DNA from: Candidatus Moraniibacteriota bacterium
GTDB taxonomy: Bacteria > Patescibacteriota > Minisyncoccia > Moranbacterales > UBA1568
Length of the DNA stretch: 55,427 nt
Direction of reading: 5' to 3'
Assembly (NCBI GenBank): GCA_903854995.1
Contig: CAINXS010000052.1
Span: 1-55,427, forward strand
In this document: in pieces, positions 28,794 through 38,142 of the stretch
Numbering within the stretch: the stretch's first letter is position 1
Layout of the letters: every line of letters starts with the position of its first letter
Translations under genes and position numbers: made by a program
Notes under the pieces: generated by a model
Told to the model about the DNA's origin: nothing
The model's database searches: none
What the model saw: only the letters and a program-made list of their open reading frames with translations

Positions 28794-30695
28794 TTATGGT
28801 ACGACGGTATCCTTGCCGTCGGGCACGCCCGACCCCTCCGCCGAGTCTGTAAGCATCTTCTCGCCCGTATGCACGCTTACCGGGTTCTTCGTGAACGTAT
28901 CAACGCCTTCGAGCACGGAATCTTGCAGCAGGATCGGCTGTTTTCCGATCAGGTCCGGTCCCGGCACGGAAGAAACCTGGATGACAAGCTCGCGAGTCGA
29001 TTTCCCACCGCCGAGCATGGTCCCGATATCCCACACAAGCTGTCCGGTCCGGTCGTTAAACGAGACCGCTTCCGCATCCGGCGATTTCTTGCCGGCGTAT
29101 TTCACTCCCGTCGGAATCGTCGCGGTCATCTTAACCCCATAGAGATCGTTCAGATAATTCGTCACGCTGAAACGGATCGCGTATCCCGTCTCCTGCCCGA
29201 CTTTCGGGGGAATAGGGCCGTACCCGGGGAAAACCGCATCGGCATACGATATGGAGGCCTCGACTTTCGCGCCGGCACCGATCCGGACATCGAGCGCGTT
29301 GCTCGCGATCACCTTGTTCGCCTTGGATGCCAGCGGCACGTCCGGACTGTCGATCTTCGCGACCGTCCGAACTGTCAATCCCTTTCCGGAATCTATGTCT
29401 CGGCGAATCGGTACGGCGAACCTGATCTCCCCGCCCTGATGCGGTTCGAGTCGGGCGAGTCCGGGAATATCGGATGCCTTCCAGGTAATGATGCCCTTCT
29501 GCACGTCATACGACCCGGTCGTGCCCCCGAACGTCAGCTGGGTCATGTCGAGCAGGTTCGCGTTCACCTCCATGGTGACGATCACGTCCCGCAATCCTAT
29601 ATCGCCGGTATTCGTGTAATCAAGCTGGTACGAGAGCTTCTCTCCGGGACTTGCGGACAGGTCCGTCTTCCCTCCTACCCGCTGCGTTATGGTCAACGGC
29701 GAGGCGATGATACGGGTCAATCGTTCCTTCCGGTCATACGCAAGAAACGAACCATCCCCTTGCAAAGTGCCTATTTCCACGATGGCCGTCTTCGCCTGAT
29801 TGTTCCCGCCGATAAGGATTCCCTTCACGCGGATCTGACCTCCGGAGCCCGACAAAAGGGCACCGATCTTCCAGACCGAACTTCCCTCGGACGGAACCGG
29901 TTCCGCCTGATTGAAGCGGAATCCTTCTGGATAGGTGACCCGGACCCGAAGATTCTGAAACGCGACATCGCCGTCATTGTGATAGGTAATGACGTATTCC
30001 GCCTCGTTCCCGGAAGCCGCTTCCTGCGGAACGACCATATCAAACGAAAGCGGAGACGATACGATCGTGACCCCGAAACGCGATTCGGTTTCGTATCGGC
30101 CGGAGATGCCTGCCGGCGTAAAGCGCGCCAAGGAACGGAAATACGTCAGCGAACCGCGCGACCCGTAGAATTTCCCCGAAAACCTCACCTCACCGGATGC
30201 CCGCCCCTTCACGTCGCCGACTGAAACAGTCGCCGTGTTTCCAGAAATCGTCATGCCCGGCAGGGCATCGGGCCGGAATTCCGTCGGATACGCCAACGAG
30301 ACTTCCAGATTCTTGGCCCCGAGGATATTGTCGTTCACCCAATGAACGGTATAGTTCACCGATTCCGCGCTGGCGACGTCAGTCGGTCCGGTCATTTCGG
30401 TCTTGACGCGCTCGTTCGCGAACAGTGTAGAACGGAAAAAGGAGAGGCTTAAGATCCCCGCGATCACGATGATGCCGACGACGATGGCGGTCTCCGCTTT
30501 CCAATGACGTTTGATGAACATCCACGCCTTCGTGCGATAAGTGGTCCTGTCCGGTACCTGCGATACGCTCCATCCGCCCTGTCCGAAAGTGATTTTTCCC
30601 GTCTCGGGAACGTTTCCCGGGTCGAACGGAGTCCGAAAACTCTCCCCCTCGAAATCGCGACGATGTACGTCCTCATTGTGATCCTGTAAGCCCAT
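28794..30695 (-). CDS. membrane-anchored surface protein with about four DUF11/CARDB-like beta repeats
   Basis: One TM helix (AIVVGIIVIAGILSLSFF). The pattern xYxIxYxNxGxxxxxNLxVxxxYPxG recurs four times. Confidence 0.7.
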   Translation of the reverse strand: MGLQDHNEDVHRRDFEGESFRTPFDPGNVPETGKITFGQGGWSVSQVPDRTTYRTKAWMFIKRHWKAETAIVVGIIVIAGILSLSFFRSTLFANERVKTEMTGPTDVASAESVNYTVHWVNDNILGAKNLEVSLAYPTEFRPDALPGMTISGNTATVSVGDVKGRASGEVRFSGKFYGSRGSLTYFRSLARFTPAGISGRYETESRFGVTIVSSPLSFDMVVPQEAASGNEAEYVITYHNDGDVAFQNLRVRVTYPEGFRFNQAEPVPSEGSSVWKIGALLSGSGGQIRVKGILIGGNNQAKTAIVEIGTLQGDGSFLAYDRKERLTRIIASPLTITQRVGGKTDLSASPGEKLSYQLDYTNTGDIGLRDVIVTMEVNANLLDMTQLTFGGTTGSYDVQKGIITWKASDIPGLARLEPHQGGEIRFAVPIRRDIDSGKGLTVRTVAKIDSPDVPLASKANKVIASNALDVRIGAGAKVEASISYADAVFPGYGPIPPKVGQETGYAIRFSVTNYLNDLYGVKMTATIPTGVKYAGKKSPDAEAVSFNDRTGQLVWDIGTMLGGGKSTRELVIQVSSVPGPDLIGKQPILLQDSVLEGVDTFTKNPVSVHTGEKMLTDSAEGSGVPDGKDTVVP

Positions 30696-30813
30696 ATGCG
30701 TTGTTTCTTTCCTTTCATTGTATCAAATACGCGAAGACGCGGAAAGCGGACCCGTCGCACCGCACGGGTCCGAATACGAAAGAAATATCCGCACCGAACA
30801 ACCGGGAACGGAT

Positions 30814-32526
30814 CTACGACCGCAGCTCACCTCCGACATACCGCATCGCCTTCGACTCATCGGCCATCGACCCGTCCGCATCGGCCGCAGATTCCACATC
30901 GGGATCATAATATTCCGGCGTCAGTATCGGCGTACCGACTTCCGTAAACTCCACGTCTATCTTCCTCACCAATACCGGCCTATCGGGACCGATCATTTCC
31001 CGTTCCGGAGCCTTTCTGGAAGCTTGTTCCGCTATACCACCCTCCTTGCCAGTACTGCAGGAGATAAGCACTATCGGAGCATCGGACCGCAGCAACCTCC
31101 TTAATGCCGACTCGATTCCCTTCCCTTCCGTAAGGTCCGAAGTCGTTATTTTGCCCCGCCTAAGCTCCCAGTCCTCATAGACGCCATCGATTGGAGGCGG
31201 AGCGATCCGGTCACCGAACGTGATGCTCTCCGACGAGCCGTGCCCGCCAAGGACCATGAACGAGATCTTTTCCCCGTTCGATCCGTATCGCTTGTCGAAT
31301 GATATCAGCCGCCTCGCAAGTTCCGTCTTCGATCCGACCTCGACGATCCGGATCGCGAACTTTTCCATTCTCAGTTTCGCCGCCATTTCCGCGATCGGCG
31401 TTTTCATCTGCGCAAATGCGCCGTTCAAATCCTCCTCGGGAAAAACGATCACCCCGTACGGGATATCCTGTCCGGACTGCTCCAATTGCCAGAGCAGCAG
31501 ACTTGAATCATACCGCTGGAAATTCGCAATCCCGTATTCCGAAAACAGGCGGTTCGCCGCATCTTTTCCGATGTTCAGGGACGCCTCAAGCGCCTCCGCG
31601 CAACAGGTCCTATATCGGTTGTTTCCCCGCTCGTCTTTCCCTACGCACGTATCCGATTCTTTCCATTTTTCGACAATCGACGGGTCAAGTCCGATTTTGT
31701 CCGCGACTATCCGGGTCAGTATCCGCTGCTTCACACGAAGATAGCTGTCATTCGCGTCGCTTCCCCTCAGAAATTCCATACCCGACTCAAAATCGGCCGC
31801 CGAGGATATTTCACCACTTCCCTTCACGACAGCCTTGGCAACTTCATTGAACGCTTCAAAATCCTTCGACCGGTTCATGATTCCCAATGCAGTCCGCTGC
31901 GCACGCGAACTTCTTTCATGAAGGTCCGGAAGGATGGCAAGTTCCCGGGCATGTCTTCCGATCCAGGACTCGATATCCTGCCGGTTTCGAGCATTCTCCG
32001 TATCCAACGCCTCGCTCGCGACATACAGCAAATCCTCACAGACCCTCGTGCGCTCATCCTTGTCGCGATCGTCACGATCCAACCACGCGTCAAAATTATC
32101 GAGCGATTTCGCCAGTTCCCCGGAAAGAAACTCCTGAAGACACTCCTTGTTTCCCTGCCGATCTTCCCAAACCGAACCGTCAACCTGCTCCTTATATGAC
32201 CAATACGCCTCCGCCATCACGCTCAATGCCGTCGAAAGAGTCTTGTCGTCGCGAAGCAGGGAACCGAAGTCGTCTTCCGCTTCCCTATACGGTCGAAAGA
32301 ACCCATCGCATGCATCTTTCACCTTCTCGTTCGCTCCCTTGTCCCTTCCGGAAACGGAATAGTTCTCATCAAGAGCGTGCAGGAAATCTTCGGCCCTTTC
32401 TTCAAAGGTCGACGGCTCGTCGCTTTCGACCGTAGGAACATTTTTTTGGCGATGATCGGGAACCTCTTCCACTACCTGCTGAACATCATCACGTGAATAG
32501 TCTTCATGCATATTCTTCGGAGTCAT
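30814..32526 (-). CDS. hypothetical 570-aa protein with a helical N-terminal region and a C-terminal alpha/beta module
   Basis: A clean ORF. The C-terminal module is encoded at about 30922-31464 and carries VLGGHGS and LISCSTG. Confidence 0.7.
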   Translation of the reverse strand: MTPKNMHEDYSRDDVQQVVEEVPDHRQKNVPTVESDEPSTFEERAEDFLHALDENYSVSGRDKGANEKVKDACDGFFRPYREAEDDFGSLLRDDKTLSTALSVMAEAYWSYKEQVDGSVWEDRQGNKECLQEFLSGELAKSLDNFDAWLDRDDRDKDERTRVCEDLLYVASEALDTENARNRQDIESWIGRHARELAILPDLHERSSRAQRTALGIMNRSKDFEAFNEVAKAVVKGSGEISSAADFESGMEFLRGSDANDSYLRVKQRILTRIVADKIGLDPSIVEKWKESDTCVGKDERGNNRYRTCCAEALEASLNIGKDAANRLFSEYGIANFQRYDSSLLLWQLEQSGQDIPYGVIVFPEEDLNGAFAQMKTPIAEMAAKLRMEKFAIRIVEVGSKTELARRLISFDKRYGSNGEKISFMVLGGHGSSESITFGDRIAPPPIDGVYEDWELRRGKITTSDLTEGKGIESALRRLLRSDAPIVLISCSTGKEGGIAEQASRKAPEREMIGPDRPVLVRKIDVEFTEVGTPILTPEYYDPDVESAADADGSMADESKAMRYVGGELRS

Positions 32527-32556
32527 TAAACACAGTATACAGGAAGTCGATCGGTC

Positions 32557-33270
32557 TCACCTTCCAAGCACGTATCCGAGGAACAGTTTCCGTATCCTGC
32601 CGACTTCGGCGAGATCGGCGGCGCCGACACGAAGTTTGAGCACGGAACGAAGCCGGTTTCCCAGAAATAGACGGATAAGTTTCACCGCATTCTCACCGAC
32701 GGCGACCGATTCCCTTCCCGCATGCTCTTCCGAAACGATGCCGCCCGCCGCCGGACTGAAAAAACACCGACTTCCGCGACCGAGCGTGTTTCCGGAAACC
32801 GCGCATGTATCCGCCTCGATCCGGTATCCGAGCTCATCAAGAAACTTCACGAAAAACGCCTCGGTCAGAAGTGTCGTCGCAGCGCCGCCTCCGGCCACAC
32901 CGTCGAGAAGCGTCAGATATTCGTGAAGGAGCGAAAATAACGCCGGATCCGGTTGTTCGAGCCCGACAATCGAATCGAATTCCGCTGCCGCAGCAAGGGC
33001 GAGCGACAACGTCGCATACTCTGATCGGATACGCTGAAACGATTCCTCGGCGATCGCGCCGGCGACCCGCCCGTTTCCTTTCCCGCGAACGATCGTCACA
33101 TCCGAGAGGGTCAGGGTTTCGAGCGCCGCGGCGAGCTTCGCCTGCGATTTACGCACCCCGATCGCCTTGGCCTGCACTTTTCCCAGTTCCTTGGTATAGA
33201 ACGTGTAAAGCCGATCGGTCTCACCGACCTCCCGTTTCCTTAGCGTGATGGCGGTCAGGCGGAGTTCCAT
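32557..33270 (-). CDS. recO: DNA repair protein RecO
   Basis: The start MELRLTAITLRKREVGETDRLYTFYT is RecO-like. The ATG at 33270 is preferred. Confidence 0.85.
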   Translation of the reverse strand: MELRLTAITLRKREVGETDRLYTFYTKELGKVQAKAIGVRKSQAKLAAALETLTLSDVTIVRGKGNGRVAGAIAEESFQRIRSEYATLSLALAAAAEFDSIVGLEQPDPALFSLLHEYLTLLDGVAGGGAATTLLTEAFFVKFLDELGYRIEADTCAVSGNTLGRGSRCFFSPAAGGIVSEEHAGRESVAVGENAVKLIRLFLGNRLRSVLKLRVGAADLAEVGRIRKLFLGYVLGR

Positions 33271-33273
33271 TTC

Positions 33274-33318
33274 GGGAAGAATGAGGAATAATGAATCAGG
33301 AATAATGAATGAGAAAGG
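33274..33318. repeat. GGAATAATGAATCAGG word block between the Nudix stop and the recO start
   Basis: The sequence gggaagaatgaggaataatgaatcaggaataatgaatgagaaagg was read directly. Confidence 0.8.
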
Positions 33319-33328
33319 CCCGACCAGG

Positions 33329-33892
33329 TCAAAGCAGCCCGAGAAAATCGAGCGCAAGGTACCCCATTTCGACATCGGTCAGCCTTCCCGAACGGAGATG
33401 TTCCCGGAATTCCGGAAGTGACATGAGCACGACTTCGAGTTCTTCGCCGTTGTCTTCTGGCTTCGGGTCGGCAACCTTCACACAACCAGTCGCTACGAAC
33501 GCATTTTTTTTGTAAGTCATGTATGCACCGGGAAACACCTTGGTGACATACTCGATCTTCCCGCGATACCCCGTCTCCTCCAGGAGTTCCCGCGCCATAC
33601 CCTCTTCGCGACTCTCCCCGTCCGCAACTCCTCCTCCCGGCATTTCCAGCAGCACTTCCCCTGGACCCGGACGGAACTGTCGGACCAGAATCACCTCCTT
33701 CGATTCGGTCAGCGCAAGACAACACACCGGGTCGTTGTCGGTACTCAGGTAGAAATCCGTTTCGGTCCCATGCGGAAGCCGGTACGTCCGTCGCTCGATT
33801 CCGCGGCCGTATTTCCGGAACACCTCTTCCCGGGAAAGCTCCTCCCATGGCTGGATAACGTCTTGCATATATTCAATCGTTAGACTTTTCAC
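33329..33892 (-). CDS. Nudix hydrolase (ADP-ribose pyrophosphatase-like)
   Basis: Nudix box GGGVADGESREEGMARELLEETGY. The start is either the GTG at 33892 or the ATG at 33868. Confidence 0.88.
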   Translation of the reverse strand: MKSLTIEYMQDVIQPWEELSREEVFRKYGRGIERRTYRLPHGTETDFYLSTDNDPVCCLALTESKEVILVRQFRPGPGEVLLEMPGGGVADGESREEGMARELLEETGYRGKIEYVTKVFPGAYMTYKKNAFVATGCVKVADPKPEDNGEELEVVLMSLPEFREHLRSGRLTDVEMGYLALDFLGLL

Positions 33893-33925
33893 AATTCATT
33901 TTTTCTCGCAGCCCGAGAAGGAATT

Positions 33926-34030
33926 GTCGTCCCGAGCGTAGTCGAGGGACCTGCGATCGTTTACCGCAGATTCCTCGACTCGACACGGTCGTTCGCGAAT
34001 GACGCGCCTCGAAGACTTGCTCGGTATGAC
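33926..34030. mobile_element. MITE-like element, family 1
   Basis: The ends are GTCGTCCCGAGCG...CTCGGTATGAC. It aligns with the reverse complement of 17972-18097. Confidence 0.8.
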
Positions 34031-34048
34031 AAATGTGAATGGATTCAC

Positions 34049-37000
34049 CTATCGGTTCTTCTTGAGCGAGAACGCGAACGGTTCACCTTCGATGTCTGTC
34101 GTGTCGCGATAGTCGGCGTCCGCGATATCGCCGCGGACAATCTCCGTCGCGAGCGTCTCGCGCGCGATCTCGTCGCCGAAGCCGGAGAGATTCTCCGCCG
34201 TATCGCCGTCGAACACCTTCTCCTTGCCGAGGATACCGAGCGTAATCCGATCGCTCACCTCGAACCCAGCCTTCTTCCGTCCTTCCTGAATAGCGCGAAT
34301 GATTTCGCGCGCCTCGCCTTCGAGCTTGAGCGCTTCATCAATTTCCAAATCTAGACATACCATATCCGCTTCATCTCCCTTTATCCAGGCAATACATTTC
34401 CATCCTTGCTTCTCCGCTTCGATGTCGGTCAACAATCCGGTCCGCTCAACCGACTTTACGTTTAGTTCTTCACGTATAATTTCATCGTATACGTCCGACA
34501 ACCCATCGGTTATGACTATCTTTCGCAACGGCTGGCGGACTTTCATTCCTGAATCCGCCCTCATCTGAAGTCCGAGACTTACGATGACGCGGACGGCATG
34601 CATCTCCTTACCCAGCTTCTCATCAACCAATTTCTCCTTCACCTCCGGCCAGTCGGCAAGATGCACCGACTCCGGGATATTCCTGGATTCCGGGTCAACC
34701 GCGCATTCGCCGGTCAAAAGTCCGGAATGACAATTCATAAGGTTCCGATAGATTTCCTCAGCGACAAACGGCGTGAACGGCGCCATAAGTTTCGAAAGCG
34801 TGACGAGCACTTCGTACAGCGTCGCGTATGCATCGTCCTTGTCGCTATCGTTCTCATTTTTCCAGAAGCGTTTCCGGTTCCGGCGGATATACCAGTTCGA
34901 GAGATCGTCAACGAACGGCATGAAGAGACGCGTCGCCTTCTGCAGGTCATATGCCTCCATGGCCGCGTCGATATCGCGGATCAACACCTGCAATTCCGAA
35001 AGGATCCATCGGTCAAGGATATCGATCGATTGTTCACGATTCTTCTTCGGATCCCATCCATCGATCGAGGCGTACGTCGTGAAGAACAAATACGAGTTCC
35101 ACAACATTCGGAACAGGTTGCGCGTCGATTCCGACAGCTCGCGCTCCGAAAAGTTCAGGTTCTCCGCGGATACGATCGGCGAGGAAAGCAGATACAGTCG
35201 GAGTGCGTCCGATCCGTGCTTTTCCAAGACTTCCATCGGATCCGGATAGTTCTTCAGCTTCTTGGACATCTTCAGACCGTCCTCCGCGAGCACGATACCG
35301 TTCACGGTGACGTTCTTGTACGCGACACTGTCACGAAGTCCCGTCGCCATGACATGCAGGTAGTAGAACCAGGCGCGTGTCTGGTCGATGCCCTCGGCAA
35401 TGAAGTCGGCCGGGAACCGCGAATCGAACGATTCCTTCCCCTCGAACGGATAGTGCGCCTGCGCGTACGGCATCGACCCCGAGTCGAACCACGTATCGAG
35501 CACATCCGGAATCCGTCGCATGACGCCACCGCACTTTTCGCACGGCACGGTTATCGGATCGACGACGTGCTTATGTAAATCGGCGACGACCTGTCCACTC
35601 GCCTGTTCCAGTTCGGCGACCGATCCGAACACGCGCATCTCGCCACACTCACATTTCCAGATCGGCATGACGGACGCCCAGTACCGCTGCCGACTAATGG
35701 ACCAGTCGCGCGCACCCTCGAGCCACTTCCCGAATCGGCCGGCCCTCACGTGCTCCGGCGACCAATGGATATCCTTCGCGAGTCCGATCGCTCGTTCTTT
35801 CAGATCCGTCACCCGGATGAACCACGAACTCGTCGCGTAATTGAGGAGCGGTGTATCGCACCGCCAGCAGTGCGGGTAGCTGTGTTCGAACTTCTCCTTG
35901 GAAAACAGCAGGTTTTCTTTTGCGAGGTATCTGATTATTTGAATATCCGCATACTGCGGGTCATCTTTGTCCTTAACCTTGATACCTACCCACAGTGTAT
36001 CAGTGCTCTCTTTCGTATCAGTAAAAAGCCGATAAAGATCTTCATTATGATAGACAATATCTTCATTCAACCGCCCGTCGATACCTACATGCTGTACAAA
36101 AGGAAGGTTATATTTCTTCCCGAGCGCCATATCGTCCTCGCCGAATGCCGGCGCGATATGCACCACTCCCGTCCCGTCCTCGGTCGTCACGAAATCCGCC
36201 GCATAAATCTTGTATGCAGTTCCGTCTTCATCAAACTTTTCTCTTTCCTTTGCTCCTTCGAAAATTTTCTTTGACCTGTCACTAAGCCGTTGTCTGACTG
36301 CAAACTGAGGAGCGATCGATTCATTGGATCCCTGTTGTTTTAAGGACCTCGGCGTTTTCTTATCGGTAATTATATCTTTCAGATAACCAAACAGCGGCTT
36401 GTAAGATTTCGTTACAAGTTTTTCTCCTAAAAACTCGTCAATAACTCTCGGTTCAGAAGGCGGAACTTCATTAGGCCCTATTGCTTTTGCAGACGGAAAG
36501 AGCGTGTCTTTATTGCGCTCATAAATTGATTTGGCGAGTATGAAATACTCAGGTTGTCCCTTTGCATTATCATAACTTACTTTCACATACTCGATATCCT
36601 TCCCCATGGCCAAAGCAACGTTCCCAGGAAGCGTCCACGGAGTCGTCGTCCACGCAAGCACATAGGTACCCGGCTCGTCGACGAGTTCGAATTTCGCGAT
36701 GACCGAAAGGTCCTTCACATCCTTGTATCCCTCGCTCACTTCCTGCTGCGAAAGCGTCGTCTCGCATCGCGGGCAGATATGCATCGAGCGATAATCCTCG
36801 TAAACAAGCCCTTTGTCCCAAAGCTCCTTGAACACCCACCAGACCGACTCCATGTAGTCGCGGTCCATCGTCTTGTAAGCGTTCTCCATATCCGCCCAGC
36901 GGCCGAACCGGTGCATGACCTTCTTCCAATCCTCCGCATACTCGAGCACCTTGGACCGGCAGATGTCATTGAACTTCGCCACGCCGAGCTCCTCGATCTC

Positions 37001-37324
37001 CTTCTTGTGTCTGATGCCGAGCTCCTTTTCCGCGATGTTCTCGATCGGCAATCCGTGGCAGTCCCAGCCCCACTTCCGCTCGACCCGATACCCACGCATC
37101 GTGAAATAGCGCGGCACCGCATCCTTGATCGCGCTCGCCACGATATGCCCGTAATGTGGTGTCCCCGTCGCGAACGGAGGCCCGTCGAAAAACACGAAAT
37201 TACCCTTTGGCGCGGCCTTTTCGACGGACTTCCTAAAGATATCGTTCGCGTCCCAATACGCGAGGATTTCTTCCTCCATTTTCGGGAAATCGGATTTGGG
37301 GTCGATTTTTTTTAATGGGGTCAT
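34049..37324 (-). CDS. ileS: isoleucyl-tRNA synthetase with in-frame insertions
   Basis: HYGH, KMSKK, the editing-domain TGVVHIAPAFGEDD block and the HCWRC zinc motif are present. The ATG at 37324 is preferred. Confidence 0.95.
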   Translation of the reverse strand: MTPLKKIDPKSDFPKMEEEILAYWDANDIFRKSVEKAAPKGNFVFFDGPPFATGTPHYGHIVASAIKDAVPRYFTMRGYRVERKWGWDCHGLPIENIAEKELGIRHKKEIEELGVAKFNDICRSKVLEYAEDWKKVMHRFGRWADMENAYKTMDRDYMESVWWVFKELWDKGLVYEDYRSMHICPRCETTLSQQEVSEGYKDVKDLSVIAKFELVDEPGTYVLAWTTTPWTLPGNVALAMGKDIEYVKVSYDNAKGQPEYFILAKSIYERNKDTLFPSAKAIGPNEVPPSEPRVIDEFLGEKLVTKSYKPLFGYLKDIITDKKTPRSLKQQGSNESIAPQFAVRQRLSDRSKKIFEGAKEREKFDEDGTAYKIYAADFVTTEDGTGVVHIAPAFGEDDMALGKKYNLPFVQHVGIDGRLNEDIVYHNEDLYRLFTDTKESTDTLWVGIKVKDKDDPQYADIQIIRYLAKENLLFSKEKFEHSYPHCWRCDTPLLNYATSSWFIRVTDLKERAIGLAKDIHWSPEHVRAGRFGKWLEGARDWSISRQRYWASVMPIWKCECGEMRVFGSVAELEQASGQVVADLHKHVVDPITVPCEKCGGVMRRIPDVLDTWFDSGSMPYAQAHYPFEGKESFDSRFPADFIAEGIDQTRAWFYYLHVMATGLRDSVAYKNVTVNGIVLAEDGLKMSKKLKNYPDPMEVLEKHGSDALRLYLLSSPIVSAENLNFSERELSESTRNLFRMLWNSYLFFTTYASIDGWDPKKNREQSIDILDRWILSELQVLIRDIDAAMEAYDLQKATRLFMPFVDDLSNWYIRRNRKRFWKNENDSDKDDAYATLYEVLVTLSKLMAPFTPFVAEEIYRNLMNCHSGLLTGECAVDPESRNIPESVHLADWPEVKEKLVDEKLGKEMHAVRVIVSLGLQMRADSGMKVRQPLRKIVITDGLSDVYDEIIREELNVKSVERTGLLTDIEAEKQGWKCIAWIKGDEADMVCLDLEIDEALKLEGEAREIIRAIQEGRKKAGFEVSDRITLGILGKEKVFDGDTAENLSGFGDEIARETLATEIVRGDIADADYRDTTDIEGEPFAFSLKKNR
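34672..34731. mobile_element. family 2 MITE fragment inserted in frame in ileS
   Basis: Its reverse complement, GTCATTCCGGACTTTTGACCGGCGAATGCGCGGTTGACCCGGAATCC, matches 15026-15072. It is translated as CHSGLLTGECAVDPESRNIP just before the conserved SVHLADWP. Confidence 0.8.
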
Positions 37325-37403
37325 ATGGATATATGGATATATTGTTGAATGGTTGAATGGAGAAACCGCCGAATGGCTACATTGCTCAACGGTCAATTGT
37401 CAA
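37325..37403. repeat. 8-mer word blocks (ATATGGAT x2, TTGAATGG x2 and related) between the four-helix-bundle stop and the ileS start
   Basis: The sequence atatggatatatggatatattgttgaatggttgaatgg...gaatggctacattgctcaacggtcaattgtcaatc was read directly. Confidence 0.8.
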
Positions 37404-37781
37404 TCAGACCTTCAGACGATCATTCGTATATTTTATCAGACTGTTGATTTCCTTCGGGAAAGAACTGAGGGCCATAAATGTCCGATCATAATCCTTTTGC
37501 TCAATCAGCTTCCTTCTCTTCGATTTCTCCAACCAATCCAATGACTCATATGAGGAAGCCCTCGCTATCCGATAAAAGAAGACTTTGTCTTTCTTCCCAT
37601 ATCGACCGAATCCCTCCGCAATATTGGCGGATATCGAATCAATAGCCCTCACGAACTGCGATCCGACCGTTTTTCGAGGAAAATCATCCCACTTTACGAC
37701 GATATCCCAAACTTCGTTCGAAAGTGAAAACGCGAGCCGATATGCGTTGATTTTGTTCAATGTCAGATATTCATCTCCCAT
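37404..37781 (-). CDS. four-helix-bundle protein (23S rRNA IVS protein / Avd family), second copy
   Basis: The 125-aa product carries AYRLAFSLSNEVW...QFVRAIDSISANIAEGFGRYGKKDKVFFYRIARASSYE. Confidence 0.85.
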   Translation of the reverse strand: MGDEYLTLNKINAYRLAFSLSNEVWDIVVKWDDFPRKTVGSQFVRAIDSISANIAEGFGRYGKKDKVFFYRIARASSYESLDWLEKSKRRKLIEQKDYDRTFMALSSFPKEINSLIKYTNDRLKV

Positions 37782-37830
37782 AACTCTTCTCCCCTAACAA
37801 TACAGCAATTCAACGGTATGACCATTAAAT

Positions 37831-38140
37831 ACAAAAATCCCTCCCTGAAAAACAGGGAAGGACGGAAAGACCGTGGTACCACCTTCGCTTCGCAAAACAC
37901 GATCCCCAATACACAGAAACCAAACGAGGATGCGCTCTGCCTTCATTCATGGCTATAACGGGCCTACCCGTCGGATTCTACCGCGCCAAGCCGAAGCGCT
38001 TCGCGAAGGCTGGCCACCTTCTCACGCATGACTGACGTTTCTTTCCGAGGCGCGTCCCGACCGTTCGGGACTCCGGAGTGATATCCACAGCCTGCATCGC
38101 TATCGAAAGCATTACGGGCAGGGCTCCATCGGCGCCTGTT
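37831..38140 (-). promoter_or_regulatory. T-box riboswitch leader, probably Ile-specific, with an intrinsic terminator
   Basis: The minus strand reads AAGGUGGUACCACGG (37869-37888), one mismatch from the T-box core GGUGGUACCGCG, and includes the UGGU bulge. The terminator UCCUUCCCUG-UUUUU-CAGGGAGGGA plus UUUUU lies at 37833-37862. A candidate specifier AUC followed by A is at 38079-38082, in GGAUAUCACUCC closing a CCUGC/GCAGG stem. The 5' boundary is approximate. Confidence 0.7.
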
Positions 38141-38142
38141 AC

